From Octopus sinensis (Eukaryota), in contig NC_043018.1 of the NCBI RefSeq assembly GCF_006345805.1, positions 4,278,001-4,342,000 on the forward strand: DNA of 64,000 bases, written 5' to 3'. Under the pieces are notes generated by a model that ran no database searches, was not told the origin of the DNA, and saw only the letters and a list, made by a program, of their open reading frames with translations. Numbering within the stretch: the stretch's first letter is position 1; each line of letters opens with the position of its first letter. Of this stretch, positions 1 to 13,700 are shown one piece after another. A program made the translations under genes and the position numbers.

Positions 1-426
1 TTGAAAGAAAGACAAAGGAAGTAGAAGATTTCTGATACCAACCCACCCAAGACCACCCCTGGTGATATGATACAAACTTCTTGTTTGAAAGTGGTCTAAA
101 TTAAAACCTTTTTTTCGAAGTTTCATGTTAATTTGTTCTAAACGCCAGCTTAGTAATGACAGGCATTTTACTAAATGCTTCATTATTTCTTGGAATTAAG
201 TGAATATTTCACTAGAAATATGTCCACTGCAAACGTTTGCTATATACTTGATGGACAAACAATTGAAAAATGCTTGCTTGTCAGTGAGTTCAGTCAAGAG
301 TGTGAGTCTTTGCTCTCAGAGCTGGTTTATGTGTTAAAGTTCCTAACATATGTTTGCTATGAAGTTGATGATCAGAAAATCGAAAGAGGCAGTTTGTCAG
401 AGAATTCAAGGAAAAGATTCTGTCTG

Positions 427-560
427 ATAATGTTGGTTTCAAATTTTGGCACAAGGCCAGCATTTTCGGGGGATGGGATAAGTCAATTACATCAACACTG
501 GTGTTCAACTGGTACTTCTTTTATCAACCCCAAAAGGATAAAAGGCAGTTGACCTTGGTA
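427..560 (-). mobile_element. SINE-like family A, partial copy
   Basis: Reverse complement of the family-A 3' half (...ctggccttgtgccaaaatttgaaacc). Further partial copies near 975-1075 (+), 19515-19600 (+), 23380-23440 (-), 27245-27355 (-), 43960-44120 (-), 60060-60120 (-). Confidence 0.7.
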
Positions 561-2346
561 GAAATTCTGACTGATAATATTGGTTCCAAGTCTTGGCACC
601 AGGCCAGAAAGTTTGGGGAAGAGTGTAAGTCGACTACATCATGGTTCCTTTCTTCCACCCTGAATGCTTCAATAGGTCAAGGATGAGAGGATAAAAAAAA
701 AGTGTTCCTCTGTCTGCACACAACTAAATGGACATGTAACACAATTACAAAAAGCATAGTATATTTACCAAGTCATCCTTTTCTTGAAACTCAGAGCCCC
801 TTTTTACTGAATACCATCTTTCAAATGCTCCCGCCCAATGTTTTACAAACCCACCCTAAAAACACCCTGAAACAAAAAAAAAAAAACAAAAAAAAACAGC
901 AGTCTATTTTAATCAAACAGAAGATATTTTTGAGCAGTGATTTATTATCAGGTATTTTGCCTGTCTTTTCATTCAGAGTTCATGAAAAAGAAAATACCAA
1001 TTGAGTACTGGGGTTGATGTAATTGACTTACCTCTCCCCTGAAATTGCTGGCCTTGAGCCAAAATCTGAAAACAATATTTTTTTATACTACCATACTCAG
1101 TTGTACCTCAGTTGACAAACAATTTTTCAAACAGAAAATGTGACAAACACTTCCCAAGCAATGAGCACACAAACCAGCAACAACAGTCAGTGACAAGCTT
1201 GGATTCCCCCCCCCCCCGGGCCTTCTCTTGAATTTCCTATCAGTAAAATAATTTCAGTTTACAAAAACTTCAAGCAACAAATGACCTTCAGGAATTAATT
1301 AAATCTAAACCGAAGTTCCACTGTATTTCATTTCCAAGGAAAAATATGACCCCTCTAAACATGTCAGACACTTAGAAATAGTGTTGCCCCTTGCTAATGC
1401 TGCTCCTCAGACTTCTCTTCAATCTTAAGAACTTCTGATATTGCAATCCCCAATGTGTTTACTTTGTTGCAAGTGAAGCCTTGCTCATTGGTCAGTTGGC
1501 ATTTATTTTGGGGACATTATCTATTAGGAGGATATTTATGTGGAGGAAGAAAGATTTCCTATCTGAAAAAAAAAAAAAAAAGAAGCCTGCCAGTTGTTGG
1601 TTTGTTTCCCTCCATTTGAGAATGTCTACTCTTTATCCTTGGGTCATTCAATGCCTTCTTTATGACTCAGATTTAGTTGACAAAACTCTGCATAAGTTTA
1701 CACAATACACACTCAAGTATATACATATATACACACATTCGAACCGTAATGCACTTAGTCATACACACGTGTGTGTGGGTGCATATATATATTCTTTTCT
1801 CCTTTTGCTTCTATCACTCATTAGACTGCAGCCATGCTGGGGTGGGGGTAAAATCCACTTTAGTGGTTCCTTTTAAGTCTGATACTCTTTACTGACCCAC
1901 TAAATTACAAGGATACAAAACAAGCCAACACTGGTTGCTAAGCAGTGGGGTGACACATACACACACACACACATTAGGATTCCTTGCAGTTTCCATCCAC
2001 CAAATTCACTCAGTAGGCTAAGGCTACAGTAGAAAGCATTTGTTCAAGGTGCTGAGCAGTGGGACTAAACATAAAAGCATGAGGTTGTGATGCAAACTTC
2101 TTAACCACCTCAGCATGTTTGCATCTCATATGTTTGCATCTGATAGCGATCCTTGTCATTGAACGTTGGTAATCACCAATGTTTACTAATAAGAAACAAC
2201 AACAGACAAAAAGAAATGAAGAAAACAGTGTTACAGACACAATCCCTGTTCACCACAAACACAAGTGCACCAGTGGAAACCAGTAACCAACAATCACTTT
2301 GCTGCACAAAATACAACATTAAAATCAAAAGAAATGAATTACTTAC

Positions 2347-2488
2347 TTGCAATGTCATCTGATTCTTGTCAAGATTCTCAGTTGTTGCATAATCAAAAGT
2401 ATCAGGGAATGGTTGTATTGGGAACAGCTTTACCATATTACCAATGTTTGACAATGCCTTGGGCAGGAAACTTAAACCATCGATTTCA
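2347..2488 (-). CDS. VPS13: VPS13-like exon (142 nt, [10 protein letters not shown]...LDKNQMTLQ), last exon found in window
   Basis: Acceptor tcttctgttttag, donor gtaagt, phase 2-0; no stop codon, so the gene continues leftwards out of the window. Confidence 0.87.
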
Positions 2489-3900
2489 CTAAAACAGAAG
2501 AATCAGAGAACACATCAAAGAACAATTCTGATGTAATTGTTTTTGCTTTTTAAATTGCATTTTAACTGTTTTTTATCTTATATTTTACATTAATCTTTTT
2601 GTTACCATATTTCTGTTGGAATACTTTATAAAATAAACAATCATTATTAAGTTGGTGTTTAAGGAGGCCGGCTAGCAGAACCATTAACAAGCTGGATGAA
2701 ATGCTTAGAGGCATTTCATCCGTCTTCATGGACAATTTTGTTTTACATCCGTTCAAGACTGGTAAAATAAGTACCAGTTGAGTACCGAGGTCAATATAAT
2801 CAACTTATTCCTTCCCCAAAATTGCTAGCCTTGTGCCGAAATTCTAAAATCATTATTAAGTTGCTATTTGAAACAAATTAACAAGAGATTTTGATGGGAA
2901 ATTTTAATTTAGATCAAATCAGGAAGTTTGGATCATAGACTCAGGAGCTGTTTTAGGTAGGTTCATATCAAAAGAGTTAAAACAGGAAGTTTGCGTCATA
3001 AAAGCAGGGGTGGTGTCAGATAGGTTGGTGTCATAAAGGGGTAAATTTGAAGATTTTTGGAGTATTGTCACTTGTGAACTTCACTCTGTTGTTGCTTAAC
3101 TTCTGGTCAATCCTGATAGTGCAAACAAACTTATGATCAAATATATTTGTATTTGTGACATGGTATATCCAGAATTACATTATCTAAAATGTCAAAGTAG
3201 AGTATGACTTGAAGGAAATTCAGGTGCTATTTTTAGCAGGTTAAGTAAATAAAAGCAACCTCATTGTCTCATTGAACAAGATCTGTTAGGCAGGTGACCC
3301 TTTTTTCTGAAATGCATGTTGATTGCTTGTGCATGTATTAGCTGTGTCACACCATTTATACATGCAAATATACATTAATATTCAGTTCTTTATGTGTAAT
3401 ATGCAATAAAAAAATATACTTACTCATCATCTGGAGAGGTTGTCCAATCTGGAGAAGTGATCACTTTTTTTTCTTCTGTACCATTAGCATTCTTTTTCTG
3501 AATCACTGAACAGCCTTGGACTTTTTCTTCAGGATTCTAAGAATAGAAACAATAAAACAACACAATTTTCAAATGGTAAATATATATATTTTATTATTTT
3601 ACTTAGGCATTATGATACTAATAACTTGGTATTAGAACTCAATATATATGTTTCAGTACAAAGTATCAGTCGAGCAGTAATGAGAGCAGTAATAAGGAAT
3701 TAAAATGACAACAGAAAAAAGAAATTGTGCTGTGAACTACATTAGCTTACAGCTGTTTCGTTTATAAGATGCAATACACTCTTAGTTGCATGATTATGAA
3801 TCACCCTGTGACTTCATCGGAGGTTCAAACTGAAGTGCAAATTGCACTTGTGTTTGTGTGCATGTATAAGTATATATAAATGTGTGTATGTGTGTGTGTA

Positions 3901-3963
<63 letters not shown>

Positions 3964-6900
3964 GGTGTTAAAAAATCTAATATATTCTTTTGTAGTCTTA
4001 TACCATCTTATAAATATTTATTTTGCAATAAAATACTTACTGTGGAGACACTTTTTGAACACCCTGTATAAACCAAAAGCATGCGTGTTTGAAAAGATTA
4101 ATTGAAAGTGCTTGCACACACTAGGAAAAAAACCCATGCTAACATCTCTTCAGTTATCCAGCCAGCTGGATTACTATTCTACTACTCTCCACACCAGAGC
4201 AGCATTTCTCACTGCCCACCCCTTATTCACCATTCACTACATCCACCCCTCAACAATTATACTTCGTTCTTTATACTGGTTTCAAATTTTGGCACAAGTC
4301 CAGAAATTTCAGGAGTGGGGGTTAGTCAATTACACCAATCCCAGTGCCCAACTGGTACTTATTTTATTAACCCCAAAAGGATGAAAGACTAAGTTGACCG
4401 TGGCAGAATTTGAACTCAGAACATTAGGACAGGTGAACTGTTGCTAAGCATTTTGCCCAGCTTGCTAACAATTCAGCCAGTTCAGCCCCTTCTTCATTCA
4501 TTATATTCACTCCTCACCTATTCCCCATTTCTCACTCTTGCAACCTTTACTGACCACTATGGGTTCTTTTTCCCATTCACTTCAACTCATCTTTTATGTT
4601 GAGGGTCCACACAAACCCCACATCATCACTGTTTCCTCTTCCACACCTCCTTGATCACTTCCATATCCTCTTCTAAAACATGAGCAGTTCTTCTGCAGCA
4701 AGAAACCAGTTCTATTCTAACCCCTTGCCACATACTTTAAATGCTCTTCTCCCAGCAGAAAGCTACCTCTCCTGGGTTTTATAGCCTTGCAAGCTGCACA
4801 GCAACCACAATAGCATTTGAGGCATTAAAAACGCTCCCAGTGCAAGCCATGAAGGTAGGGCATCCAGCTGTAGAAACCATGCCAAAGCAGACATTGGAGA
4901 CACAGTGTAGCCCTTGAACCCATCGGATCCTGTTACACCATAAAATGCAAAGCTATGAAATGACGATGATGATGAAAACAACGACATGTTATTCATAATA
5001 TTTTGATTAATTTGAATAACAGCAATTAGATCTGTGATCTAATTGCTATTTATTGGTTATTTATGGAGGTGTGGGGGAGTGATATCCTCTTGCTTATAAT
5101 TTTACATAAATTCTTTCACTACCATATTTCTGTTGAAAATCCCAGTCCATGTTTCAATTAATATTTTTTTTAATAATGAATTTAGTAAAATAACTTGTTG
5201 GTATTTGTTTTGGTGGTGAGCTGGCAGAAGTGTTAGCACACTAGCTTTGCCTTTCATCTGTCTTTACATTCTGAGTTCAAATTCCGCTGAGGTCAACTTT
5301 ATCTTTCATCTTTTCAGGGTTGATAAATTAAGTACCAGTGGAACACTAGGGTCGATGTAATTTCAGGCCTTGTGCCTTTAGCAGAAAAGATTATTATTAA
5401 GGCAGCAAACTGGCAGAATCGTTAGCACACTGGGCGAAATGCTTAGTGGCATTTCATCTGTCTTTATGTTCTGAGTTCAAATTCTTCTGAGGTTGACTTT
5501 GCCTTTCATCCTTTCAAGATCGATAGATTAAGTAAGCTGGGCTTGACGTAATCGACTTACCCTCTCCCCCAAAATTGCTGGCTTTGTGCCAAAATTTGAA
5601 ATGATATTAAGTTGGTGTTTGAAACATGAATCCACAAGAAATTTTGATATGAAATTATAAATGAGATTACTTTAAGACAGGAAGTTTGCGTTGTAGCAGC
5701 AGGAGATGTACAAACTTACCTTGACAGAATGATGCAGTGTCACAACAGCATGACAACCAAGCTGATAACGATAAAAAATAAACATTATATGTGTGTGTGC
5801 GTGTGTGTGCAAATATATAATCAAATAATTCACAAACGTGAGAATTTAGATATAAACAGAGAGCCTGGCAAAGATTTATATAACAAAAAAACAAATCCAA
5901 CAAAAGCCAAAATTACAATATATAACAATTTTGACTATATTTTGACTTTGTCACATTTATTCCATGTCAGAATCTTTCATCTTACAGCTGTTCTAAATCA
6001 CAAACCTGCTATGTTTATTGTTTTGTATCAGAGTGGAGTTTCTTTTCCCTTCAAGGGGGGGGGGTGCTGAAAAGTTCCTAGTTCTGGGTAAAAGAAAATA
6101 CAGGAGGATCAGTTATGATTTTATTCAACGTATTCCCCTCTCAGATTCATACACTTATTGCAGTGGTCCTTCAGTTTTTCTAAGCCCTGTAAAAAAACCT
6201 GGAAGTTTGGGCCTCCAACAAGGCCTTTCTTGACACCCTTCATATATATCTTCTTGGACATTTAGCTTTCATAACTTTCAGTTTTGTACTCTAGTATTCT
6301 TTCAATTTCAGTCAACTCCACATTTCTGTCATCTCCACATTTGCTTCTTCTCTGTACTCCTTGTCACTTCAGCTTAACTTGCCCTGTTGTAAGCTTTGAG
6401 ACCAAGTTCTTGATTCTGAGTATATCTCAATGTGTTGCTACTTATCACAGCATTCGATGAGTCATGGTTTCTTTCACCTCTCTCCCACCAATCTTGAAAA
6501 CCCCTTAGAAAAAATGGTCTCATGTATTGCCCCCAAAATAGAGGAGGATATAGCATCACATGATGTGGAAGACAACTGAAAGCTCCTATGTTGAGGGCTA
6601 CTGACCAGATCTGTGGATGGTGCAAAGTCCTCTCTCAACCGAAGGTAATGTAGTTGACAGGGCCATTAGGGAAAAGAAACAGGCATGGAAGGACTGGAAG
6701 AATGGTGGTGATAGGGAATTGTATCAGACTGCCAGAAGGGAAGCTAGGAGACAGATCTACTTAGCAAGAGGGGAAGCAAATAAGAAAAATTTGTCAATGT
6801 TCTGCATCCTGAGGACCAAAGACATGAAGTGTTTCATGTTACAAGACATTATGTGAGAGCGAATCGTGATGTCATAGGAGAGAAATGTGTCCGCATGGAT

Positions 6901-9277
6901 GATGGCTCACTTGCAGTTAATGAGGCTGCAAGGAGAAAGACTTGGAGACACCACTATGAGAGGATGCTAAATGAAGAGAAAGGTTGCTAAATGAACAGTT
7001 TTTTTTATTGTAGAGTCAGAGATAGGCTCAGATGGTTTAGTATCAAAATAATTAAGCATACAAGATAGTTTTTAAACTGTGCTGCCCAACGTCCATCCCA
7101 TGGGCTGGATCTGGCCCACAAAGCCTTAGAATCAGGTCTATTAGCCAGTCTTCAGCATATTCCTTAATATTAACCCAGAAGCTTAATACTGTTATTTTTC
7201 TTCGATTAATAAATGATTATTGGCTCCCAATAAACACTTCTCAAAGCAGCTTCCTACTCTGTGCTCTGTGTATGTTGTGTGTGCATAGCTGTCACTATAG
7301 TAATAAATTTCAGGTTTTGTTTGTCCATGTTATTGGAGGCCCTGTGCTTGCAAAAGTTCCGCCCCTCTACTAGTGGGGCAGCATGGCATATGTGTTTTTT
7401 CCGCCTCTGCCCCCAAGAGAGGTGCTGCCTGGGGGACATGCCTTCCCCCAACCCCAAGCAAGGGCCATGGGCACTGACATTGTGTTAGCAACACTTCACA
7501 ACTAATTTCGAATTTTGCTCATCCATGGCATCAGCCAGAAAAATCAGAAAGGCAGACTAGGAGAATGACAGGTTTAACAAGGTCTGGAATAATTTGTGGA
7601 ATCAAATACAAAATGTCTCTGCCTGATTTGTGGTGAAACAGTCACAGTTCCAAAAGTTTAGAATGTGAAACAGCATTACACATTAAAGCACGCTTCGACC
7701 CATAATTGTTATGAAGGAGATCAATGTAAGGAGAAAGTGCTTTTACTTCAAATAAAATCAATATTTTCAGTTCTGAATAATTTTTTCAAACCATTTCAAG
7801 TAGTATTAAAAGATGAAAGACTAGAAATGTGAATCTGGCCCACTGGTGCTGTTGTTTCTTAAATCCAGCCCATGTTTGGAAAAGGTTGGGCAGCACTGCT
7901 TTTAAACATCAAATATATTTCCACATTCTAAGCTTGTATTTGGTTTCAGCCTCTGAAATAAAGTTGATGTTTTAATGTAGAAATATGAATAAAAGACAAA
8001 TGAATGCACACTTACTTCATTGATGACTTGTAAAGCAGGGAGTTCCCTCACCAGTGTAATATCTGAAGCTGTGGGGGACATCAAGGCCTGCAAACATACA
8101 AATATGAAATGTTCACTAATATGGCAAAATAAATAAATTAAATGTCAAAATGTTTGAGATAAATGAAATATTTTTAATAAGGTTATCATTTTTCAGACAT
8201 CATTAGAGATGAAAAATGGTTTAAATATTTACACCTGTTTTGATTTGATATCCAATCATCAACAAGTGCCATACTTATTCCAGAATGTGGACGTATAACC
8301 AAACTGTATTTTGAACTTGAAATCTTTATTTCTAAACCTAAGGGTAGCAATAGCCCAACCTCCCCCGCTAATCTACAAGGCTACTGATGACGCATGTACT
8401 AATATCTTACATTTTTTTAGGTTATCTAAATATATTTGTCACTGAAAGTTGTAACAACAAAGAAATTATATTATAGATCAGTGCATGTGTATATGTACGC
8501 TGGTTCCACATAAGAAGTCCTCACGTTGGGACTACATAGAAAACACCCAGCACACTTTGCAAAGTAGCTGGTATTAGGAAGAACATTCAGCCATAGAAAC
8601 TTAGCAAAATCCGACTGAAACCTAGTGCAGCTCTCCAGGTTGTCAGCTCTGGTCAAACTGTCCAAACCCATGCCAGTGGAAAGCACCCATACAGGCCCCA
8701 CACAAAAGGTATCCATACTAGTACCACATAAAAAGCATCCATGCTGGGCCCTCATAAAAAGTACTTGTGCTGATGCAAAATAGAAAGAACCTTTGTGCTG
8801 GTTCCACTAAAAAACACCCAGCACATTCTGTAAAGTGGTTGGCATTAGGAAGGGTATCTGACCCTAGAAACCATGCTGCAAAAGACAACTGGAACTTGGT
8901 GCAACTCTCTGGCTTGCCAGCTCCTGTCAAACCATCTTACACCTGTCAGCATGGAAAATAGATTGTTAAATGATAATGATGAGGATGATGATGATGATGA
9001 CGACGAGCTGGTTTGGCATTCCTACAGATTTGCCAGTCCACTGTCTTGGATAGGTACTTTTTTTATTAATCCCAAAAAGATGAAAGGCAAAGATGACCTC
9101 AGCAAGATTTGAACTCAGGGCATTGCAACAATACTGTGAAGTAATCTAACTGATGTTCTAACAGCTCAGCCAATTTATCACTTACATATCCATACATTTG
9201 CATGTGTGTCTGCATGTACATATATGTGAATTCTCTCTCTGAGTAGAGCACTGGCACAGTTTAGGCTATCTGTTGTG

Positions 9278-9323
<46 letters not shown>

Positions 9324-10107
9324 TGTGAGTGTATGTCTCTATGTTTGACTAAGTATTTGTTGGTGTAAGGAGTACAAAGAGGTAGAACTGGAAACGAAGA
9401 GTCGTTTGTGTGCAGGCGAATTCTAGAGGTTAAGTCCCATTGTGATACTTATTGCATGCAACTGGGTACATAACAGATAGAAAGGTATGTTCCTTCAATA
9501 TAGCACACTAATCAAGTATATCAAAAGCAGTTGAAAGATCCTGGTAAAGGGGGAGAAAAGAGAAACAATGAGGTTAGGAAGACGTGTAATGAACGGGCAG
9601 ATCAATGGGCTACAGGGTTTGCTTGAGAGGGGGTAAATTAGAACTGGACCTAGGCTAGGGGCTATTATTGAAGTTGTTTAATATCTTTAAAGTATTTAAA
9701 CATCTGGGTAACCTTATGTATACAAGAAAGGCAAAGGTCTACTTTATAATTTAGTAGACTTTCACTATTAGATTTCCTTAAAATTTCAAATAGCTCCATG
9801 CATCTATTGGCCAGAACCACAGACACTACTCAACCCTACCTAGTGCATAATTTGCAAGTACCTGATTCTGTCAGAATCCTAATCTTAGTCCTTATCTGTG
9901 TATATGCAGCACAGAATTTTGTCAGTGAACAGGTTGCGGTCTCAAAGCGACAAAAATATTTTGGCAAATTAAATTTAAATGTTGAAGTGAATCTAACGGT
10001 TTTTGCATGTTTTTTTAAATGGTTTATAAACACCTTCCATGCTCCAATTGTTTTTGTTTTAGCACACAATTTCAGATCAGGTCACTTGCAAGTACATCTC
10101 CATAATA

Positions 10108-10149
<42 letters not shown>

Positions 10150-10219
10150 TTGGAAATGGATGTGTGGCATTCAGTTAAACAAATATAATATAAATAATAT
10201 ATTTAGTTGTGTGTGTGTG

Positions 10220-10273
<54 letters not shown>

Positions 10274-10604
10274 ATATATGATGGCTGTCCACTCGTGACC
10301 GAGGAAGACCATTGCCGACCTTCAGGAACATTGTGCGCTCTAGGACTAACTTATATTTTGCATTTGTGGCTCCGTTGGTGGCTAATGAGACCTGCTCTTG
10401 ACAAGCATACACGACTGCAAACATTGCAGACCAAGCTTTCCTCATTCACTATACGAGCCGTGCGCTTTCGTGCTCACTTAAGTTCTTCGTTAAAGGCCTT
10501 TGATATGCAGGACACTGACTGGGAGAACAATGCCTGTCATCGCCACAGATAGAGGAAGCAAGTTAAGGAGGGGATCGACACTTTTGAGAGAGCACGTATG
10601 TGTG

Positions 10605-10637
<33 letters not shown>

Positions 10638-10686
10638 GTATGTATGTATATATATATATATATGTATGTATATATATATATATATG

Positions 10687-10739
<53 letters not shown>

Positions 10740-13700
10740 TATATTATATTTATTAATTGAACACCATGCATCCATTTCCAAGTAAGTTTATCATAACCTT
10801 TTTGATGCAACTCTATACTGTTTCCTTCCTGTGTCCTTCTCTAATTCTCCTTTTCTCCCCTCCTTCTTTCACCGTTTTCTACCCCCTCTCTCTCCCTTTC
10901 TCCCCTCTTTCCCTTTTTTCTCTCTCTCATTGCTCACATGTGAACATTGTCCATCTTTCTTTTCCTGCATGAACATTCAAAGGACTGGATATTTCTTTTT
11001 CTCTCTTCTATCTTTTCACTTTTCAAAGAAAATATTCTTCCCAGCATTCACTATTTTCCTCTCGTTCTGGTCTAACAACCCCCCATGTTTGTTTTCATTC
11101 GGTTTCCTTGTATGTTTCCACTGTCCTGTTTTTGTTCCCAACTTTGACCCTCCATAAATCCTAAATTTTATTTTAGAATTTATGGGAGCAACTGACTGGA
11201 ATTCTTATGTTTACAAGAGCTAGGTAGGCATCTCCAACTAGCAGGCCATGCTACTCCAGACTGATGATGAGCAAATACTCAGAAACTAGTCTCTGGTTGC
11301 AGGCGTAGCTGGGTGGAGGTGCTTATCTCCCCCTTGTAAACATAAGGACACAGGAAATGTGTCAAGGCCGATAGGAAGCGTTGCTGTTTCCTAGGGCTAA
11401 ATAGCAGTAATATGATTCCCTTCATGGGACTGCCACATTAAGTTGACAGTATACAACTACTTTATTAATTAATTTATTTAATAAACATCTAAGTTAAATC
11501 TTATTCTAATTAAGTAATATATACAAAAAAAATCATCATGTTAAGTTATACACATAATGCTAGTACAAGCTATGAATATTAGAATTAAAAATAGAAAATG
11601 GGTCTATTAAACTTATTTACTTAAATGTAATACTACATAACAAATAAACCTTCTAACTATTAAATAATATATTGTCTTACAAAACTATTTCTCAAAGTAA
11701 ATTATATGTAATACGTTAAATCACATTATAAAAATAATAATAAACATAATAAATTAGATAGATATACGTATTGTAGCTAATAATTATCAAGAAACCATAT
11801 ATAAATTAATATTTTAACAATAATAATAATAATAATAATCAAACATAATACAATTCAAAAATTAAATAATATTGTTAAATAAAAACGTTACTTATCTTAT
11901 TGATGAATAATTTATAATATTTTTACATTTTATAAAAGAGGAAAAAAAACTGAGAGAAGAAAAAAACATGTCTGGATTAATGGTTCCACACTACACACAC
12001 ACACACACACACAATGTTCAAAAGAGGGTTTATGAGGGTTGTTGTACCCTAAGCCCTATTATATCTTCATCAGCACTGTTGCAATAAAGTATAACTGTGC
12101 TATCAAAGAAAATGTGACAGTGCACCGATTCTGTTATGGTTGTTTTTGCTCACCTCATAGACATCACTAATTACACTAATGGCAGCTGGTGTTACATTCA
12201 GTTGGAAAACATCCTTGGAGTTTATGATGATGTAGTTACATACACTTGTCTCATTGTCTTCATGGAGCTGCCCATCAACTTCATCCGATAAGGAACCTAC
12301 ATTGAAACAACAGAAGTATAACATGGTGGGAAAATAGAAGCAGAGAACATATGTAATCAATAGAATAGTTTATATATTAGTTAGGTAAAGTGTGAGCTAA
12401 CATAATGTTTTAAATCAATTGAAATTGTACTTATATGGAGATCAAAAATTATTAGTGTCAATAATAATGATTTTCAAAATGTGCAAGGGAGATAAGTTTG
12501 AAATTTAAACTGAATAGAAATTACAAGTAGTTATGTGGTGGTGAACGAGATTGTTATCTGGTAGTTATTGTGACAAGTCTGGAGTGTTTAGTTTTATATA
12601 TTTGTCATAAATAAAAGGATTTGACATTTCAAAAATAGTTAACAATGTTCATTTATTCAATGAAGTTAAAGGATTAAGTGAGAAAAGATTATTTTTGATT
12701 GAAAACAAAGAATAAGCACTTTGTAAGACATTGTATAGAATTATCATTTTGGAAATTTCTTGCCTGGACAAAGATTGAGACTTTATAGAAAGCATGCTTC
12801 ATATTGATAACGAGTTCTATATATATATGATAATTAATTTATATACACGAGAAGTGCAGTTAGCAATGGAATATATAAAAAAAACAAAAAGCAAAATAAG
12901 TCTGGAGGAAAGTGGAAAGGGTCTATGGTGGCCAGAAATAAAACTCCACAACAGGGTTCACCTTTCTTCATGGTACACAAATTAATCTAATTAAATTTTA
13001 TTGTAGTTAGTTGAGTATAACACAAACATTTAACATTTCATGCAAAAAGCAAAAGAAAAATATTACAAAAATTTTTAAATCCAACATAAAAATGAATGGT
13101 CAGCCATTTTTGCTGCTCAAAACATAAAATAAACAAAATATTTTTTAAAGCACAATTAATTAAAAACTCAAATTGCATGAAACTGAGAAGGATAGAGACA
13201 AAAAATAGACAATAAGACATTTTGACGGAAATTATAGCTGAACATTTTCATCATGTGTAAAACCAGATGAACATGTAGTAACTTCAATGTTATGGAGGGA
13301 AAAATAAATATCAGAAAAACGTTTGTAGATATTAAAAAATACACCGTAAGATACCATGTGTTATACTGATACAACTTCACTGAGAATGTCTTCGTTTTTT
13401 AAGACTGATCAATATTATTTCAGTGACAATATCTCACACCCACATCCAAGATGTGTCTCCTTGTGCCACGTTTAGAAACGATATTCTTGGTTTGAGATTT
13501 TATATTGCCTGTGGACCCTATAAAATCATAAGGCAGAAGAGTGACTTGAAATAAGTGGTTTTATTCTCACAGATCATTTGTATTAAACCCTTTTCTTATC
13601 ACCTTTCTGTAGAAATACACTGACTTCACTTCTATTAATTCTTGAAATAATGAAGGATTAAGTAAAATAACTTTGTCATTATTCAGCTGGCATTTGAAAC

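Noticed and set aside
8340-8460. CTGATGA near a tagccc/gggcta hairpin as a hammerhead
   Set aside because: No stem II, and no GAAA-NUH with matching stem I pairing.
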